From the NCBI GenBank assembly GCA_965202985.1, contig CBDBCF010000001.1, positions 1,216,001-1,280,000 on the forward strand: a stretch of 64,000 nucleotides of DNA. Reading direction: 5' to 3'. The translations under genes and the position numbers were made by a program. Position 1 is the stretch's first letter; every line of letters begins with the position of its first letter. The notes under the pieces are model-generated. The model saw only the letters and a list, made by a program, of their open reading frames with translations, was not told the origin of the DNA and did no database searches. This document shows positions 60,701-64,000 of the stretch, piece after piece. This DNA comes from Longimicrobiales bacterium. Lineage in GTDB: Bacteria > Gemmatimonadota > Gemmatimonadetes > Longimicrobiales > Gaopeijiaceae.

Positions 60701-62475
60701 GCGGCGACCCTGGCGGCAACTCGAACCCGGGTGCGATCAGCCTTGCCGACGCCGGCGGGCCGATCCATGGCCGGATCCGTCTGACCGGCTTCGCCACCAG
60801 CCGCCCCGCGGTCGTCGTGCGCTACGAAACCAGGGACGGCCGCAAGGGCGAACGTCGGCTCGACATACCCAGGATCGACATGGAGCGGCCCAGCTTGCGA
60901 CGGGCGGTCCTGGCGCCCGGCAACGCGGCGGCGAACGATACACGGCCGAACGACGGGCGGGCGGCGGACGCACTGGCAGACGACGCCCCGGCAGACAGTG
61001 CTCCGAGGGACGACGCACCGGCCCTTTCCCGTCTCGACTTCCGTGTGCGGGTGGATTCGGAGATGGATGAACGGGACGCTCTGCTTCAGTTGGCGCGTCC
61101 CGAGCAAGTGGACGAGCGCATGATCTCGGCCCAGCAGGTGGCCGCCACCATGGCCAACCTGGCGACCCTGCGACGGGCGGGCGTCCACGCCGGCGCGCTG
61201 GCCTACGCACACGTCGGCGAGATCGGAGTCTGGGCGGAATGGACGCACGAGCAGGACCCGGAGGCCCGCACCGTGGCCGTGCTGCCCGCCAACGGCGCTC
61301 CCGAACAGTCGCCGGTCTGGTCCGACCTGCTGCCCGACGGATGGACATGGGACGGTAGCCGCATCGTGCAGTGGGACACGCCGATTCCGCCGGACGAAGG
61401 CCACCAGATGCTGGCCAAGATGAGCGCCGCCTTCGAACACGCGACGATGTATCGCATCGGCGAGAGCTACCTGGGCCGCACCACCTGGGCCGCCGACCTG
61501 ATGCCGCCCGTCGCCGCCACGCATTGGTCCCGGGCCAAAGCCACCACCTTCAAGCCCACGGTCGTCTACTCGGCGCGGCAGCACGCCAACGAGGTCTCGT
61601 CCACCAGTCACGTGCTCCGCCACGCCGAACTGCTCCTCACCGACGCGGTCCAGCGCCGCAAGCTGAACAAGGTCAACGTGATCGTGCACCCCTTCACCAA
61701 CCCCGACGGCGCCCAGCTGGCCTACAACCTGTATCGGATCACGCCCGACTTCATCCTTCATGCGGGTTACCTGGGCGCGCTGGGCATGGACGCCACCTCC
61801 GGATCGGGCCAGGACTTTCCCCTCTACCCCGAGGCTCGCGTCCGACCGCGCATTTGGGAAGCGTGGCTGCCCGACATCTTCCTCAACCCGCACGGCTATC
61901 CCAGCCATCAAGTCGTCCAGCTCTTCTCCGAATACTCGGGACTGGTTCGGCGCGGGCGCGTCACGGAGCGCAACTGGGGCTTCAACAAGGGCTGGTTCAT
62001 GCCCGGATTCGGCTACGTGGACGACCCCGAATTTCCGCGCCACAAGGACGCCGCCTTCAAGATCCGCGAGTACATTACGCGGGCGATCAACGCCAACCGC
62101 GACGTCTTCGAGATGAACCAGCGCAACTACGACCGCTATCGACGGTACGGCGCCGCGTTCGACCCGGAGGTCTTCCGCTTGCCGATGACCGACAGCGTGC
62201 TGATCGAGATGCCGCTCAAGGGTTCGCGGGGCGGGGACCAGGGCCGCGGCGGCTTCAACCCCAAGGTCACGATCTGGAGCGGGATCACCGAGGCCCCCGA
62301 CGAGACCGCCCACGGTCCATGGATGGAGCTGGTGGCAAAGGCCGGTCTATCGTGGGACCAAGCGATCCTGGACTACTTGCACGACGGCGCCCACCGCGTG
62401 GAGCGCACGGGCACGCGGTTCTTCGGAGGCACAACCATGAAGATGGCGCGCGACCGCCCGCCGAAGCCGGAATGA
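57742..62475 (+). CDS. Very large secreted protein with C-terminal M14 zinc carboxypeptidase domain
   Basis: ARQHANE, NPDG, NPHG; GTGA coupling to the upstream gene. Confidence 0.85.
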   Translation: MKTPTTRPTRKVLARSRQSAPPARVVVVAAGPAASPAGVVALPAGAAAPLAGPAVATALALVLLAGFGTARPVAGQDGEVPDFDLASLFVHAPGEGNGNLLLDENEDGVPDRLGVAFVMAAEPSGAESMAAAEIAARLGFETMALDLPLARIVGARPGGEGERMLDAGSEGGGERGAGTGADELGVRIVIGRRALTEAGLAWTAFGAPEPAPGEGAVATLTTGGVRWLAVAGGNDDGLLRAARTLAGALPWVGDPSGPSLEEIGDELVGWLEGDPDADPESAGDVQTEAGAGSEAEAAEAEAASASPAFAWAVADVDGNLLLGARLEFPVPTDADDAFQRLERLAASRTAPGSPPHEADSLVLRFAGVSSVVLSSGDREVSLPTLASPPPPGPIAGRPGSGAKSEMDLSNVYSTAGFLADSDGNEIPDRIDVLLVPDAGARGVVELAARLGLESTGLTVPLLKRPDEIESPAGEPTTVLLGTPEAHPLIARLADSGSISLDGLAPGQGLIELVPRAFGDKPSLVATGADRAGATRATRQLAAVFPYVDRLGRRTELDRVPTFDQIERDLWGALSGRTPAGQAAIGLYKLDRIAASLAGEGIARAEVLVSLEKPDDSISGDSASGGAYAALVRERAAAIGADSLVVSIDDRDVQAAGTIFEDVFEAPSEVDRFWTVFEERVEGMAPPGAPVWMKARLSEPPEVRRAIAQEARRRLLEAGADPEATQVQVLSAFKQGFSWLRESVGPRLADAGAGAHPDQIVIEFLRNEPPAQWPQQAIHTPLRWLHEIFPIDEVLAQDLGLEAGQVRFEMVDSGPAYRVRALASDGRTLLEDVFEPKWVLRPYFDRFRDYEQVRVTTGWITAVAGDGAQADTLADERIVTDPEWFWDRYQSRTLPAVYDYVMDRHQGNPRGGAADAPFFGTLTVELEMSEPDYRLGVDNEIVSPMDALHEEVYFGTIEFFHLIGRNARGQDLTYPGRIVPIMRPRSTGGDPGGNSNPGAISLADAGGPIHGRIRLTGFATSRPAVVVRYETRDGRKGERRLDIPRIDMERPSLRRAVLAPGNAAANDTRPNDGRAADALADDAPADSAPRDDAPALSRLDFRVRVDSEMDERDALLQLARPEQVDERMISAQQVAATMANLATLRRAGVHAGALAYAHVGEIGVWAEWTHEQDPEARTVAVLPANGAPEQSPVWSDLLPDGWTWDGSRIVQWDTPIPPDEGHQMLAKMSAAFEHATMYRIGESYLGRTTWAADLMPPVAATHWSRAKATTFKPTVVYSARQHANEVSSTSHVLRHAELLLTDAVQRRKLNKVNVIVHPFTNPDGAQLAYNLYRITPDFILHAGYLGALGMDATSGSGQDFPLYPEARVRPRIWEAWLPDIFLNPHGYPSHQVVQLFSEYSGLVRRGRVTERNWGFNKGWFMPGFGYVDDPEFPRHKDAAFKIREYITRAINANRDVFEMNQRNYDRYRRYGAAFDPEVFRLPMTDSVLIEMPLKGSRGGDQGRGGFNPKVTIWSGITEAPDETAHGPWMELVAKAGLSWDQAILDYLHDGAHRVERTGTRFFGGTTMKMARDRPPKPE

Positions 62476-62822
62476 CGCAAGACACCATCTTCGCAAGGAT
62501 CGTGAAGGGCGAGATCCCTGCCGACATCGTGTATCAGGACGACTTGGTCACGGCGTTTCGCGACATTGCGCCGCAAGCGCCGACCCACGTCCTCGTCGTG
62601 CCCAACAAATCGCTGCCCACCGTGGCCGACGCCGCGCAGGACGACGAGGCGGTGCTGGGCCGCATGGTGCGCGTGGCCGCCAAGGTCGCCGAAAGCGAGG
62701 GGATCGCCCGAGACGGCTATCGCCTCATGATCAACTGTCGCGACCACGGAGGCCAAGAAGTCTACCACCTGCACCTGCATCTACTGGGCGGCCGTCCGTT
62801 GGGGCCTATGCTCGCCAAGTAG
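62472..62822 (+). CDS. HIT family nucleotide-binding protein
   Basis: [34 protein letters not shown]. Confidence 0.95.
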   Translation: MTQDTIFARIVKGEIPADIVYQDDLVTAFRDIAPQAPTHVLVVPNKSLPTVADAAQDDEAVLGRMVRVAAKVAESEGIARDGYRLMINCRDHGGQEVYHLHLHLLGGRPLGPMLAK

Positions 62823-64000
62823 AGCGGAACCGGGACGGCGAAAACGGCGAGAGGTCCACCTCCGAGCGCCCCTCCAGCATCTCTTGCGCCAGCGCCCAGC
62901 CCGTGCTCGGCGCCAGCGTCACGCCCGACATCTGGTGGCCGGTGTTCACGTACACGTTGGTGCGCGCGGACAACCGACCGACCACCGGCAGCGTGTCGGG
63001 CGCCATGGGCCGCATGCCCACCCACTCCGCGCCGCCGGTCGCGGCCTCGGGAACGTCCACCCACCGCGCCACGCCCCGGCGAACCGCCCTCAACCGCCGG
63101 GGGTCCATCCGACAGTTGACGCCGGACAGCTCCATGGTGCCGCCGAATCGCAGTGCGCCGGCGAACGGCGTCATCACGATCTTGTCTTCTCCCAGCAGCA
63201 AGGGCTGGCGCAACTGCTTGCGCGGCTCGTCGATGGTCACCGAATAGCCCTTCCCGGCGGTCAAGGGAATAGCCTGACCGGCCGCCCGCGCCAAAGAACC
63301 GGTCTCGGCCCCCGCGGCCAGCACCACGGCGTCGGCCTCCATGGGACCCTCGCTGGTGACCAACGCCCGCACCGTGTCGTCCGCTGTCGCAAAGCCAAAG
63401 ACCGACACGCCCTCGTGCAGCTCCACGCCGGCGTCGCGCAGCCCCTGGGCCAGCCCCGCCGTGAGACTTTCGGGACGCGCGTGCGCATCCGAGTCCACGA
63501 AGAGGCCCCCGCTGAACCCCGGCCGCAGCAACGGTTCCCGCTCGTACAAGTCGTCGCGGCCCAGCACCGCGCAACGGGCGACTCCCAACGCTGCCGCGGC
63601 TTCCACTTCGGACCGAGCGGCCGCCGCCTTTGCCGGGCTTCGGTAGGCCATCAGAATGCCGGAGCGCGCGAATTCGAACGCCACGCCGTCGTCGGCCAGC
63701 TCGTCGTAGCGCTCCATGGTGTGCATGTTGAGCGACGCCATGGCACGAAGGCCGTGGTCGAACGCCGCCTTTGTGCAGTGGGCGCGAAAGCGGAGCAGCC
63801 AAGGCGCCAAGCGGGGCAGCGCGGCGGGCCGGATGTACAAGGGACTGCCCGGCCGCAGCAGCCGAAGAAGCGACCCCACGGTCAACGCCGGCGAGGCCAC
63901 CGGCGACGAGATCGAAGGGCAGACCCAGCCGCCGTTGCCCCAGGAGCAGCCGCTGCCCGCCGTCCGCGATTCGACGACGAACGGATCGGCGCCCAGGCGC
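62806..64000 (-). CDS. FAD-dependent D-amino acid dehydrogenase/oxidase family (5' end outside window)
   Basis: [35 protein letters not shown]. Confidence 0.88.
   Translation of the reverse strand, partial: RLGADPFVVESRTAGSGCSWGNGGWVCPSISSPVASPALTVGSLLRLLRPGSPLYIRPAALPRLAPWLLRFRAHCTKAAFDHGLRAMASLNMHTMERYDELADDGVAFEFARSGILMAYRSPAKAAAARSEVEAAAALGVARCAVLGRDDLYEREPLLRPGFSGGLFVDSDAHARPESLTAGLAQGLRDAGVELHEGVSVFGFATADDTVRALVTSEGPMEADAVVLAAGAETGSLARAAGQAIPLTAGKGYSVTIDEPRKQLRQPLLLGEDKIVMTPFAGALRFGGTMELSGVNCRMDPRRLRAVRRGVARWVDVPEAATGGAEWVGMRPMAPDTLPVVGRLSARTNVYVNTGHQMSGVTLAPSTGWALAQEMLEGRSEVDLSPFSPSRFRSTWRA

Overview
High-GC bacterial chromosome segment. The mix of SusC/SusD-like transporters, many secreted beta-propellers and high GC suggests Gemmatimonadota, but that is only an inference. 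The window has four parts. (1) 1-13.3 kb is an accessory envelope region: a thioredoxin-fold-like fragment, a 68-aa secreted 8-Cys peptide, a divergent sigma-54 activator, an ISL3 relic, a 5'-truncated epimerase flanked by a ~91-bp direct repeat carrying an ECF-like promoter, a frameshifted lipoprotein, two tandem TonB-dependent receptor + DUF4249-like lipoprotein cassettes and a beta-propeller. (2) 13.3-21.2 kb is ordinary metabolic and membrane genes. (3) 21.2-31.6 kb is an insertion hot spot: a Cys-rich CxxCH protein + propeller cassette bounded by a scrambled copy of the M50 gene, a DUF499 relic, a Fic protein, a Gabija-like OLD nuclease + UvrD helicase, an unannotated ~240-nt promoter-SD-sORF-hairpin-terminator unit, greA, and a Panacea antitoxin with a small membrane-protein partner. 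(4) 31.8-64 kb is mostly core genes: purK/purE, tyrS, menE/A/B/D, amidase, MoaD-like + BNR propeller, DegT, DCC, SusC/D, pcm, YncE-like, LVIVD, ATL, HEAT-cyclophilin, a giant M14 peptidase, HIT and a D-amino acid dehydrogenase. I saw no rRNA, tRNA or CRISPR array. All family calls come from motif recognition by eye; no searches were run.
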